A stretch of 64,000 nt of DNA from positions 883,702-947,701 of the forward strand of contig NW_003314291.1 in NCBI RefSeq assembly GCF_000143415.4. Reading direction: 5' to 3'. This document shows positions 42,601-54,402 of this stretch, piece after piece. Each line of letters begins with the position of its first letter. Position 1 is the stretch's first letter. Source of the DNA: Selaginella moellendorffii. Lineage: Eukaryota > Plantae > Lycopodiophyta. The notes beneath the pieces were generated by a model that saw only the letters and a list, made by a program, of their open reading frames with translations, was not told where the DNA came from and made no database searches. The translations under genes were made by a program, and so were the position numbers.

Positions 42601-45600
42601 TATATGATGCTAAGGTTTGAGTGTTGTGTTAAGTCGTTGTGTGTTGAATCTCAAATGCAACCATCTAGGTTGAGATTTGCTAGGAGGGTGCTAGATGCTG
42701 GGTAAGAGATTGCTTTTAATTTTTATTCCATGTCTTTTCCACACTTACTATAAATTTTTTACTCTAGGTGAATATAGATAATATAGAATATTAATATGTG
42801 ATTCAGAAGTTAAATAAGTCTTTCTATTGGCTAAAGATTTAATATAATATTATTTGGTATTTGCATTTGATGCTAAAACTTGTGCTGAAGAAAGATGGTT
42901 AGAGTTAATTATAATTTCCTGTGAATACATCATTATTATATTCAACTATTTAACTTGTTGGTTAGAAATTGATGCTTTTGCTATGGCATCTACAATTATT
43001 TTTAGATACTTACTCCTTAATTGAGTGGTGTTTTAATATTCTTGTCTGAAATAAATTCTTTTAAATAATTGTTATAGTTGAGGTATTTCATATCTTGATG
43101 TAGCCATTGGATTGGTTTCAATTCAAACCATTTGCTCTTGTATATATTCCTATTATATATATTAAAAAATAAATAAATAAATTTTATTTAAAATTTCTAG
43201 AAGAATATAGTTTATATATCTTCTTAAATATGTAATATTGTTAATAATTTTATCCAATTTTCTTACAAAAAAACTTATTTACTTTGAATATAAAACATTT
43301 TTTCACATAAATATTGGCAATAATATGACAAATTTACTTAGCAGGTTTATAATTTAAATGAATATCGGTAAAATATATTAAAATATCCAAACAATTACCA
43401 AGACAAAACTATAATAAGATCCCTATATTCTGTTTAATCTGAGGTGGCAAGAAAACCATCTTTGAACCACTCTAAATCTTATTCCTCAATTCAACCCAAG
43501 ATTTAATACAGGGCATAAAAGAAAAGGAAAACTCTAGCTTTATACATATGTTACTCAGCCACGTGTCCCAGTGTATGGTGATCTCGCCGTGTCTGTGGAG
43601 CTGCAAAGCTGCTATGTGCCAGATTTTCAGCTCAGAAGTTAGATTAAAAGCCGAGAAACCGAGGAGAGAAATCTACGCTGTCTGGCGCCTTCAGTGAGTG
43701 AGCCTCCACAATTTACTAACTATTCATTCCATGCGGCTGAAGCAAATGTTGATGACCAAGGTGCGGGGTCCATGTTCGCATGCAGCAGAGGAATGGACGC
43801 AAGAGCTTGAGGGAGACGTTTTTCGCTGGTCAGGAGATCAATCGTACGACTTCTTCTCAGTGCACACACAAGCAAAAAACAAGCTATCGTCCACAAGTTG
43901 AAACAGTAAAACCAAGTGAGGACTCAAAAAGGAAACAGGAAAAGAAAATTCTTTCTTCAGGCCCTGGGCTTCCTGGTACAGGTCTGTCTAGCGTAGCTGT
44001 CCTTTCGCTGAAAGTAATAAATTTTGTGCTGCAGAGAGTTGCCTAAATCAAGATACATGGTGGACGTACGATTATTTTTGCCTGAAGAAAGAGTTCAACA
44101 ATAGTTCAAGCGAGTGTGCCTCTTTCGTTTTCGAGTCATCTACTTAAGAGCCTTCAAGGGAACTGGTTCTACTGTTTCAGGAATCTTGCTGTAACGGGAC
44201 AGTTGTGGACGACCCAGAGCTAGGACAAGTTTGTTTTTTTGCTTGTGTGTGGTTGCTGTTGCACGGATCTGGCACTGGGAAGAAGTCGTTCGTACAATTG
44301 TTTTTTTCTTTCTGCTTGTTTTGCAGGTGATTCAGCTCCAGGGCGACCAGCGAAAAAATGTCTCCAGTTCCTGGTACAGGTCTGTCTAGTATCCTATTGT
44401 GAAAGTGCCCCGTCGCCCACGACTTGTTGGAACCGGGTGATCAGCGTGCTAGTGACTACATCATCCCAAGAAGGAGAAAGGCGCCAGGCCTCGTTTCATC
44501 GGCAACCTGGTGAAGTGTACGAGTAAAAGATAAATCGGATTAACTCCATTTACTCCTTCCTAGGCCGCCGCGGAGTCTGCTGCTAAGAAACCTTTGTCGG
44601 GTCCTCCAAGACGAAAGTGTGATTGGGCTTTTGAAATCGCTTGGATGGCAAATGATTTCATGCAGGCAAGTAAACGTTCGGGTTTTTGAAAGAAATGTAA
44701 CTTTAAAACTTGTCTCAGGAACGGCATCCACTTCCATCGCCAGCCTCCTCTTGCTCGTCCATGTATGCCTCTTGGACCGACTCGGTAGAGTCCCTCTCCG
44801 TAACACCTGCTTGATCGGCTCGTTAAATTCGCTGTTTCTTTGGAGTCTTGACACCAGCAACTCTGTCAAGATCCCGTGCTTTTGAGATGAATATTATGAA
44901 AAGTTTTCTCTCCTTGGCCTCGGAGTCACTAAACAGAAAGACAATAAAACTACCGATAAAGTAGATGGCAAAGAACTTTCAAAGTCAAGCCAAGCAGATT
45001 ACCTCCCTGTTACACTCTAACGTATAAAGAGAGAACCAAAAAAAACGAGACAATCATACCTTCTCTAGAAACTCTAGCTCTTTATCAACCTGACAGTCAA
45101 ACATGTGAAAAGAAAAACATAGTAACAAAAAAACGAAAAAGAGCAAAATTCCTGAATTCTCCTACAAGCCTTTCAAGTTTCCGCAGCAGCACACGTATGC
45201 TCTCGTTATCCTTACCGCTGCATTGGCTCCAGTACCCATGGAAAGATCGCTAACTCGACTTCTCGCCCTTGCCCAATCAATCCAACCCCGCGCCTCTTCT
45301 CGCGACCAGCAATCCTGAAAATGTGACAAAGCGACAGAGAAGCTAATCCGCCCCGCCGAGCGATAGTGCCAGTGATACAAGTAAGTTCCTTGCTGGCAAG
45401 CGATCAGGAAAACTCAATCATTTTGCCTGCATGATCAATCGACAATGTAGATGACACTTCTTTCTCGCTTCCTATCCATCTAGGCGTGGACAAGAGCTAT
45501 GGAGGAAGATCGGCTGTGTGCCTTTTCTAGAAGGAAGCTGATTATTGACAACGATGAGCTTATGGAGGCTTCGGCTGAGTGGGCGAAAGGTGGCGAGAAG

Positions 45601-45790
45601 ACACCTTCAAGGAACAAGACAACGGAGTTGAATATCTATTTCGAATGGTGTAAAAGAGATCAAATATAACGAAAACTACAATGTTTGAACCAAGAACGCT
45701 GAGGTTGGAAGACTCATATAGTTTTCAAATACTTTTCTGAAGCTCAACATCACAAAAAAGATGGCTTTAGAGAAATACAGGAGCAGTAGC

Positions 45791-46617
45791 CTAGACTCTG
45801 AATCCTCGGCTGTTACGTCGCCCGCGAGCCTTCTCAAACTTGCGCCCCTTGGAGCGCACGTACGGCTTGGTGTGGCTGTGTGGCACACCAGGAGCCGGCC
45901 CAAAGTGCTTCACGGCCTCCCGAGCGGACTTGCGACCCCTCAAAAGTACCTGGGCAAAGCAACAAGAAAACTAAGAAACAGGGAGGGACTTTACGACTGA
46001 TCGCTGCTTACCGTGTTGCATCCAGTGGGTGCCAGGAGCGCGAGCTCGTCAAAGGTGAGGCATTTCCCTCCGGCGTTGGTGATCCTGGCGCGGGCAGTCC
46101 GGGTGAAGCGCAGAGCCACCACTGTCATTGCGGGAACCGTCGCGAGTCTAGGATCGTCGGTGACCGTTCCAACGAGGACAGCGATCTTTCCCGACTGTGT
46201 CAGAAGGAAAAAGAAAAACCAATCAAGAAGTGATGCGAGCAATCGGAAAGCTCACCTTCTTTTCCATGCTAGCGGAGAGGCGGGAGAGGGACACTGGCGG
46301 CTGGTTGGTTTTGCTCATGAAGAGCCGCTTGAGGATCACAGCGTTGAATTTGCTGTTGGTCCTTCTGACCAAGAAGCGGTAGAGCTGACAGAGAGGGAAT
46401 GGAAAAGAAAATGCGTGAGAAATCGGGCAACCGCTATAGATCCAATGCCAAATCCCACGCACTCACCTTGACGAGCAGCTTGAGGTAGACATTGTCACTC
46501 TTGGGGGCTGTCCGCTTGGTCTTCTTGTTGCGCCCGCCGGCTTCGATGTCGATACCCTGCAGCAAAGCGAGCACCGTGAGACGAGGCCATCCATCGCAGC
46601 ACGGATCCACGTACCAT
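45791..46617 (-). CDS. RPL18: 60S ribosomal protein L18 (eL18); the first coding exon is the ATG alone
   Basis: M|[30 protein letters not shown]|[27 protein letters not shown]...[11 protein letters not shown]...[16 protein letters not shown]. Confidence 0.97.
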
Positions 46618-46664
46618 AGCGCTGCTCCTCCTCCTCCCTGGCGGCTGAAAAGCCCTAGTCCCCG

Positions 46665-46676
46665 CAAAACCCTAAA
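46665..46676 (+). promoter_or_regulatory. Telo-box (AAACCCTA) upstream of RPL18
   Basis: AAAACCCTAAA ~50 bp upstream of the ATG; telo-boxes are typical of plant ribosomal protein promoters. Confidence 0.6.
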
Positions 46677-46829
46677 TCTAGCCCCAGTCCGGTGTTCGAT
46701 TCCATTGGATAGCGTTAAAAAGAATATTCTTTTTCTGCCAAGGTTCAAATCCAGCCAGGAACCTTATGGTCGTGGGTTCGAACCCTTTCCACGACATTTT
46801 ATTATTTAGGGTATTAAGTCTTGGAATAT

Positions 46830-48250
46830 GCTTTCAAACTAAAAGAAAAGCTGGAGAATTTATCGTCGCTTGCCACCCCCAAGAAGGAGACTTGCATCAA
46901 GCACAATGCAGAGAGAGCGCTGCAAAGCTCCTCGCAGTGTCCGAGTTTGTCGCAAAGTCTACGCCCCGGCGCTGGAGCTCAGTGCATGGAATACATGGGA
47001 CTCCGCCGAGGTGAACGAGACGCTGTTCCTGGTGCTCGCAGTTTGCTACATTGCTCGCCTCTGCGCCTCTAGTGTCGAGATGCTGCGACGCAGCTGGATT
47101 GTATGGTTGATTTCGCCCGCCAGGAGCTGCTCTGGTCGGTTGGAATCCATAGACTTTCGTCGCTGGACGCAGCTAAGCAAGATGAGCGAGCACTTGGAGC
47201 TACTTTGGGCAAAGTTTTGCGAAAACAGAAACATCCAAGGTTTGTGTTTGTCTCATGTTCTTTCTTTTCTTTTTCACGTTTTCTTGGTTCGAATGGCCGA
47301 AAAACCAGCACGCAACGAAATCAATATGGATCTTTCCGCTCCACCCCCGCACCCGAACCGGAAATTCAGATGTAAGAAACCATCTGTTGCTTCAGTTCTC
47401 TCATCAAATAATAGCGAAAAGATGACGAGTAAACCAGGCACAAGGAATACACAAATACCCTCTGGTTATGGTGTTGTGGCTACTTTTCTCAAGGCCGATT
47501 TCTTTCTAACACTCCCGGTGGACAGGCTGGTGCAGACGACGGAGTCAGACAGGCTTATGCACAGCTTGCACGACATCCACTCGAGCCACCATGAAATGCC
47601 CTCTGTCTCTGCTGGTCAAGGAGCTCGTCCTGCTGCTCCAAGGGATCGAGAACAACAAGTTGCTGCGATCACTCGTCATGGAGACGCCACCCCTGTCCGT
47701 GCTGCCGCACCACCAACGCCTTGCACATCTGGCTTGGACGCTACGACCTCCGAATCTATCACCACCACAACTTAACGTGTAAGTTGTTGCCTCTCAAGTG
47801 TTTATCTTTTTAAAAGCTTGTGTTCGGTACACAGGATGCTCCAAAGCAGGAGGAGGAAAAGGATAATGTTTTCTTTTATATGATCAGAAGTGTGAGCTTA
47901 CATCTTCGTGTTTGCACCACACAGGTGTTGCGGGATGGCTTCCACAAGGAGCGCACCCCATCTCTGATCGAACAGACCCGAGACGTGACACTCATGACAG
48001 CTTGTGGTACGTGATTGGATTCTAAAGCTGCTTGACTTACTTTTGTCTTCTGAGCTTATTCACATGTCTACAAAAGCCTCCAGACACACCGATGTGGCGT
48101 GCCTCTAGGAAGTATGTTGGCATTGCAGGGAAGTTCGAACACCCCGTGAGTCTGTGCATAGAACATTCACAAAGACTCTAGGCTTGGAGACCAGGATGGC
48201 AGTTTTGTAGGTAGAAGCTCGAGAGTTGGATGTAGAAAAGTCCAAAATTG
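46830..48250 (+). pseudogene. Decayed paralog of the 18876-20748 gene
   Basis: Shared peptides WDS.E..ETLFLVLAVCYIARL, SEHLE.LWAKFC, LKADFFLTLPV.RLV, VKELVLLLQGIENNKLLRSLV, F.KERTPS.IE.T and LGLET, spread over different frames with deletions. Confidence 0.8.
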
Positions 48251-48505
48251 AGCTTAATTTACGGGTGAAATTTCAATGGTCAACATTTATGGACTGTCAT
48301 TGACTGTTATTGACTATGTTCACTTGGCATTGACTCTGCCAGAGTTTTTGAGAGTCTTTTGAAGCGAGCTTTCGACGACGTTCTTTTGAGGCGAGCTCGT
48401 CTGCTCGTACGGCCGTGGTACAGGATAATCGGATCTTGGAGAAAGACTAGGGCAGTCGCGAAGCCTCGGACTTCTTGGAGAGAGGTAGAACTTCTTGACT
48501 CATTC

Positions 48506-49417
48506 TTATTTCCATCTCTTGGATTCCCACGTCTCGGCCAATGCCACTGCTTGCTCGAGCGTCTGGGGATTGTGATCATCCACGCCCATTCGGACGCTAC
48601 ACTTGAGGCCGTGCACGTAGTACGCCACCTTGTCCTCATCGCTCAATCCGGGCAGCCGCGACACCAGCTTGCAAAACCGTGAGCTATACTCCCTCACCGA
48701 CTTGAGCTGCCGGAGATCCATGAGCGCGAACTTGGCCTCGCGCTGGTAATTCGCGGGCATGAAGAACTTGAGGAACGCGTCCCGGAAATCCTCCCAGCTG
48801 CCCACCATGGCGGAGCTGGAGCTGGAGTTCTTCCACCAGAAGTAGGCCGCGTCCTTGAGATGGTAAGTCGCGATCAACACTTTCTCGTCCGGGCTAGCCT
48901 GGCCGATTCGAAAGTAGCTCTCCACCTTGTGGAGCCACTCCCAGATCACCTCGGCGTCGCGCTCGCCGCGGTAGATCGGGATCCTTGGCGGTTGGTGGTG
49001 CTCCTGATGGATGCGCGAATCGAAGGAGCCATTGGAGCTTTGATCCGAGGGGCTGCTGCCGCCCTTCTCCTGGTCGTGGAAGCTGTAGCTCTCGATGGTC
49101 TCCTCTTGCAAATCTGGGTATGGAGGAGGAGGTGAAGGAGCCACATTGGATTCTCTGTGCTTGGCCATGGTGTCGAGATTGGAGACGAACACCTTGGTGG
49201 TGTGCTCAAAGAGATTGGAGCTAGAAGTACCTCGCGGGATTGGAGAGAGCGACGAGGATGGCTGCTTGCTCCTCGCGGTGGCACCGGCGGCGACCTTGAG
49301 GCTCAGCACCTCCGCCGAGAGCCGCGCCAGGAACACATTGAGCTCCGCCATGACGCCCTCGAGCGATTCCAGCCGCCGCTCCAGCTCCTCCTGCCGATCC
49401 TCGCTGGTGGGTTTCAT
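48506..49417 (-). CDS. Stand-alone Ty3/gypsy Gag (capsid)-derived protein, 303 aa from the first ATG; candidate domesticated gag
   Basis: Intact intronless ORF: N-terminal coiled coil, Ser/Pro linker with PPPPYPDL, then a retrotransposon-gag capsid region (YRGERDAEVIWEWL..VESYF...LKDAAYFWW...SWEDFRDAFLKFF...LRQLKSVREYSSRF...YVHGL...PQTLEQAVALAE) that aligns by eye with element B gag. No LTR, PBS or pol seen nearby. Confidence 0.85.
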   Translation of the reverse strand: MKPTSEDRQEELERRLESLEGVMAELNVFLARLSAEVLSLKVAAGATARSKQPSSSLSPIPRGTSSSNLFEHTTKVFVSNLDTMAKHRESNVAPSPPPPYPDLQEETIESYSFHDQEKGGSSPSDQSSNGSFDSRIHQEHHQPPRIPIYRGERDAEVIWEWLHKVESYFRIGQASPDEKVLIATYHLKDAAYFWWKNSSSSSAMVGSWEDFRDAFLKFFMPANYQREAKFALMDLRQLKSVREYSSRFCKLVSRLPGLSDEDKVAYYVHGLKCSVRMGVDDHNPQTLEQAVALAETWESKRWK

Positions 49418-49610
49418 CACGGGATCCACCCAAGCTGCGCGGATCGAGACGATTCGGAGATGAGCGATGATGATCCACGCACAAAAGCCCCAAATGTGCT
49501 ATTTGAAAATGGATAGTACTGTCGGTGCGGTGATGGCGATGAATCGCCAGCCCGCCAGCGCGATCTGATTCAAATACTTTCCCCATAATCACCGCGCTAT
49601 GTATTCCAAC

Positions 49611-49670
49611 GCGCGGTACAGCGCGGTAACTGCAGCCGTACCGCGCGGTACCGCGCGGTACAGTGCGGTA
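49611..49670. promoter_or_regulatory. 10-bp-period GCGCGGTAC array containing a perfect 24-bp palindrome (49638-49661)
   Basis: GTACCGCGCGGTACCGCGCGGTAC; four GTAC cores and several CGCG boxes, ~200 bp upstream of the gag ORF. Function inferred only. Confidence 0.5.
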
Positions 49671-50590
49671 GCACGCGCTAACTTAACTTCCAGGTTTGGT
49701 CGGCCAATCCACATCAGTCGCCAGATCTCTGCACGTTGCTGGTTTGATTTTTGTTTCCTCGATCAGTACACACGTGATTGCTGCTGCTAGATCACTCGAT
49801 CACCACTGCATCACTGGAAAAGAAAACAAAGAAAGAAACGATAAAACAGAGTAAAGACACATTTGTTTTGCTTGTGTTCTTGTCTGGATCACAGAGCACA
49901 AACAAAAAGCTCTCAGACGCAAGCAGAGCGCGAGACTTCTCTCTCTTTCGCGATCGATCCCGCTTTCCAAAACTCTCCTTTCCCAAACTCTAGCCAAAAA
50001 TTCCGCGGGAGAGACAGGCATTGAAGACACGACATGAACAGTCATGGGATCCATCAACCGTAGCGTCATACGTATGCTCTACCCAGGAGAGTCTTGATCC
50101 ATCCAATTCTATAATAGAAGTTCCAAGCTAAGAGTCCGAGAATGAGAGGGAAAAGATAAAAGCGTAGATGTGATTGAAGCGTTTTGGAAAGGAATCCTCA
50201 TTGTTTCTGAGTGCGCTCGCACGAGAGTTACTCTTCTTGTTGCTTTGTGTGACTAGTATGTATGGTCGCAATACGAAGCCTCTTCCACGGGCTCTCAAAG
50301 TCAAGCCTCCAGACTCGATCAAGATTGCTCTAAACGCGGAGTTGATCGAATCGTTTTACAGTTCCTCTTCTTCTTTTTCCGGTCCTTGATTCCCATCCCA
50401 ATCGTTGTCACTTCTTCCTCCTGCGCGATCCGATCGATCCTTAGCTGGAGAGCATTCTCCAGAGGAAGTCTCTTTTCTCCTTCCAAACTCCCCAATATCT
50501 GCAGGAAATACCGTCCTTTTGATGGAGATCTTCCCTCTTCTTCTCTAGCTCGCGGTGATTCGAGCGAGCGAGAGAAAGGAGCAAGAGGAA

Positions 50591-51725
50591 ATGGAGAAGA
50601 TCACGGCCCTGGTGCTAGCGACTGCGGTGGTGATAGCCTGGATCGCCCCGCCCGCGCGAGGCGAGGTGAGGAGCTTCCAGTGGAAGGTGGAGTACATCTA
50701 CTGGGCTCCGGATTGCGTGGAGACGGTGGTGATCGGGATCAATGGGCAGTACCCGGGGCCGACGATCCGCGCCACCGCGGGCGACACCATCCGCGTGGAG
50801 CTGGAGAATGGAATGAGCACCGAGGGCCTCGCCATCCACTGGCATGGAATTCGCCAGGTTAGAGCAAAGAGTTTCCTCTCGATTGGATCATCGATTTCCA
50901 GAGAGAAGAGAGTGGTGTTCTAAAGATGATGATGATGATGATGATCTCGCAGATTGGAACTCCCTTCTACGATGGCGTCCCATTCGCATCCCAATGCCCG
51001 ATCAATCCCGGCGAGACATTCACATACGAGTTCGTGGTGGACAGAGTGAGTGAGTGATTGATTGAGCTCGAAGATCAAGCACTGATTTTTCTATCCATTT
51101 TTTCCTCTGATCGCTGGCAGCCAGGAACTTACTTCTATCACGGGCACTATGGCTTGCAGCGCTCGGCCGGGCTGTACGGATCTCTCATCGTCGACCCCGT
51201 GCCGAGCGACGCCGTACCATTCACTTACGATGGCGAGCTCAGCATCGTCCTCAACGACTGGTGGCACCGATCGATCTACAGCCAGGAGACGGGCCTGTCG
51301 CAGCTGGGCAGCGCGTTTCGATTCGTGGGCGAGCCCCAGGTAAGCAAACATCGCGATCGCGACAGGGGGATCGATCGTTTATCGGTCGATCGATGCGAAA
51401 AGTTTCGAGCTAAAACGAATCACACTGTTTTGCTGGCGCAGTCGCTGCTGATCGAGGGTCGCGGTCGCTACAACTGCTCATTGATTCCCGCGGCGCCATC
51501 GTCTCCACCCCTGTCGGGCGATGTAATGTCGTGTAACAGCTCCCGGCCGCAGTGCGCGATGCATGCCCTCGCCGTACGGCCGGGGCTGACGTACCGACTG
51601 CGCATCGCCAGCGTCGCCTCATTGTCATCGCTCAACTTTCTCCTTGAGGTACGGTACCCCATCTTCCATAGCTTCGTACTCTCATCCGTACATACCTTTC
51701 GCCATTTCGTCTCAACACCCTTTTC

Positions 51726-51763
<38 letters not shown>

Positions 51764-52775
51764 TCTCGTGGATTGAGCTTGACATGGATGAATTTTTGCG
51801 CTGCGCGATCAGGGTCACAACATGACGCTGGTGGAAGCCGACGGCCACTACGTTACACCCGTGGAGATCTCCAACCTCGACATCTACTCGGGCGAGACAT
51901 ACTCGGTGCTCGTCACCGCCAACCAAGATCCATCGCGCAGCTACTGGGCGGCGGTGAATGTGCGCGGGAGGAGGCCGGCCACTCCTACAGGCCTCGCGAT
52001 CCTGAGCTATGGCGATGGAAGCTCGAGCTCGGCGCCACCGAGCACTCCCTCGCCGCAGAGCCCCGCCTGGGACGACTTCGCCTACAGCGTTGCCCAGGCC
52101 AGGCGCGTGGTCTCGCGGCCGGGCTTCCAGATCCCTCTCCCGGAGCGAGCAAACGTTAGACTGATGCTCCTCTCGACCCAGAACCGGATCGATGGCAAGA
52201 TCAAGTGGGCGATCAACAACGTCTCCTACGTCCCGCGCGCCACGCCCGTGATCGCGGCCTTCCAGTTCAACCTCACCACCGCCTACGATCTCGCCGCCTC
52301 CCCGCCCCGCGATTTCTCCAGGGGCTACAAGATCCGGAACGCGCCCCCGAATCCCAGCGCCATCCAGGGGAGCGGCGTCTACACCTTCCGCCACAACGAC
52401 GTGGTGGACGTGGTGCTCCAAAACTCCAACACGCTCGTCCCAAACAACAGCGAGATCCATCCCTGGCACTTGCACGGCCACGATTTCTGGGTTCTTGGGT
52501 ATGGCAGCGGGATCTACCGTCCGCACCGCCACGCCAGCACGCTCAACTTCGTCAACCCGCCAATGCGCAACACGGTCGCGGTGTTCCCGTACGGGTGGAC
52601 GTACCTCCGTTTCCGCGCGGACAACCCCGGGGTGTGGGCGTTCCATTGCCACATTGAATCACATTTCCATATGGGAATGGGGGTCATGTTTGCCGAGGGC
52701 GTTGACCGCCTCCCTCGAATCCCGGCACAAGCTCTGGGCTGTGGCTACACCAAGGCGCTCTTCACAGCGCCCTAA
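50591..52775 (+). CDS. AAO: L-ascorbate oxidase (multicopper oxidase), 5 exons
   Basis: Signal peptide; [12 protein letters not shown]; copper motifs [22 protein letters not shown] and [16 protein letters not shown]. Confidence 0.93.
51729..51759. repeat. (CT)n microsatellite in an ascorbate oxidase intron
   Basis: About 15 CT units. Confidence 0.9.
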
Positions 52776-53597
52776 TTCGAAGTTTAGATTCTGCCAACTT
52801 GGTTTCTATGCCAAAATGAAGTGCTTAGTAAATTGGTTGAACTGGTCCAGGGAGGAGGAGTCTGTGGTGCTGCTAGATGAGGACCTTTCATCTCTGCTGT
52901 AACTACTTGCTTCAATGTGGATATACCACCAACCTAATTCACTTCTAATATGATTTCTTTAATGCATCCCAAGATACATGCTTCCTGAAATCTATTTTAC
53001 TAGTGAAACTTCCAGTTATGAGATATTCCAAAATAGACGCTCAACTGGAGGCATGAGCCCACGTTTCAGTTGAACTTTTGCAGTTGGCCTTCAATATGCA
53101 ATATATTGTAAGTAAATTTTAGATTTATTGTAATTAATATATAATATAAAGTCTTAGGAATGGATTTTATTAAAAATGTTTATAATTTTTATAAAACCTT
53201 TCTAAACTCAAAATTTTTATAATATATTTTTTAAAAATAATATTAATTTTTTATTGAAAAACTAATAATTTGCTGCATGAATCATATTGAGATTTATTTA
53301 GGATAATATGTCTCATTATAAGAACAAAGAGTTGTAAGGATTTGAAATATAATAAACACTAGGATAAATGTGTGTAAGATTCTTAATAGCCACTTTTCCA
53401 CATCTTGATACAACTTTTAAGCACTAGATCACTATATATATCTGGCAATAACAGCATATTCCATATCAATTTCTCTGCTTTGAGCAACTATATTTAACAA
53501 AACTATCAATGATGTTCTCTTAACATGTTTTAAATCACTGTCATAGATCTCCCAAACTTGATGAATCTAGCTGATGTTACTATGGGTGATATAACGA

Positions 53598-53782
53598 GCA
53601 AGAACAATCGCGAGCTCAATCGCTCCTATCCAAAAACAAAGTTTTTAGCAGCTACAAAGCAAGAAAATAAACAGCAAGAACAATTGCGAGCTCAATCACT
53701 CCTGTCCAAGAACAAAGTTTTAGCAACTACAAAGGAAAAAAAAGAACGACCAAGAACAATCGCGAGCTCAATCGCTCCTATC
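53598..53782 (+). repeat. Tandem ~77-bp repeat, ~2.5 copies
   Basis: CAAGAACAATCGCGAGCTCAATCGCTCCTATC-type unit at ~53599, ~53675 and ~53751. Confidence 0.85.
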
Positions 53783-53864
53783 TGAGACATCATATGTGCT
53801 GCTCGCAAACATATTTGAGTCGTCTTTAAAACAGATGATCACTAGAGCTCGGCTATTTTTTATA

Positions 53865-54185
53865 AGCATTGGAGTTAGCTACGTTCGACGGATGTATAGC
53901 ATTTGACCCGTGGTCTATGTGACGTCTGATTTTACTGATATCATTTCTTCCAGGTAAGAACTGGGAGGATTTCACGATGCAACTGATCTACTATATGGGA
54001 CCTTTGATGGTTGCATTTCTAGTACGTGAATTTTCTCTTCGAAAACGTTTTTCTTTATCTTTTTCTTCAGGTTTATGTAATCGATGGCGAGCATGGAAGA
54101 ACATGGTTCCGTTTTTCCTGAGAGATTCTACTACAATATCCACACTTCGAGAATGTCGATCAAAGAGTTGTGACTGACACACTTC
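53865..54185 (+). pseudogene. Truncated duplicate of ABCD transporter exons
   Basis: CCAG|GTAAGAACTGGGAGGATTTC...CTGATCTACTATATGGGA resembles 54866-54940; GATCAAAGAGTTGTG resembles 55135-55150. Confidence 0.75.
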
Positions 54186-54402
54186 TTCTCCATTATCACT
54201 GATCTTTTCCCTTTCAGCTGTATTTGTAGAAGATCAATCCACCAGTCTTGTTGCTTGGACGCACTGGAATTAATTTCGTTCGTAATGAAAGTTTTGGTTA
54301 ATCTCGTGAGTTGGAATTTTTATGGAGGGATCCACAGGACCATCCTTTAAAAAGAGATCAAGCTAGGAGTTGAATGGAGAAAAATTCTATGCCGTGGAAG
54401 CC

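Noticed and set aside
43560-45650. Short ORFs and a local duplication (TTCCTGGTACAGGTCTGTCTAG at ~43970 and ~44368)
   Set aside because: Could not assemble a coherent gene model or recognise a family.
51468-52652. 394-aa antisense ORF
   Set aside because: Shadow of the GC3-rich ascorbate oxidase coding strand.
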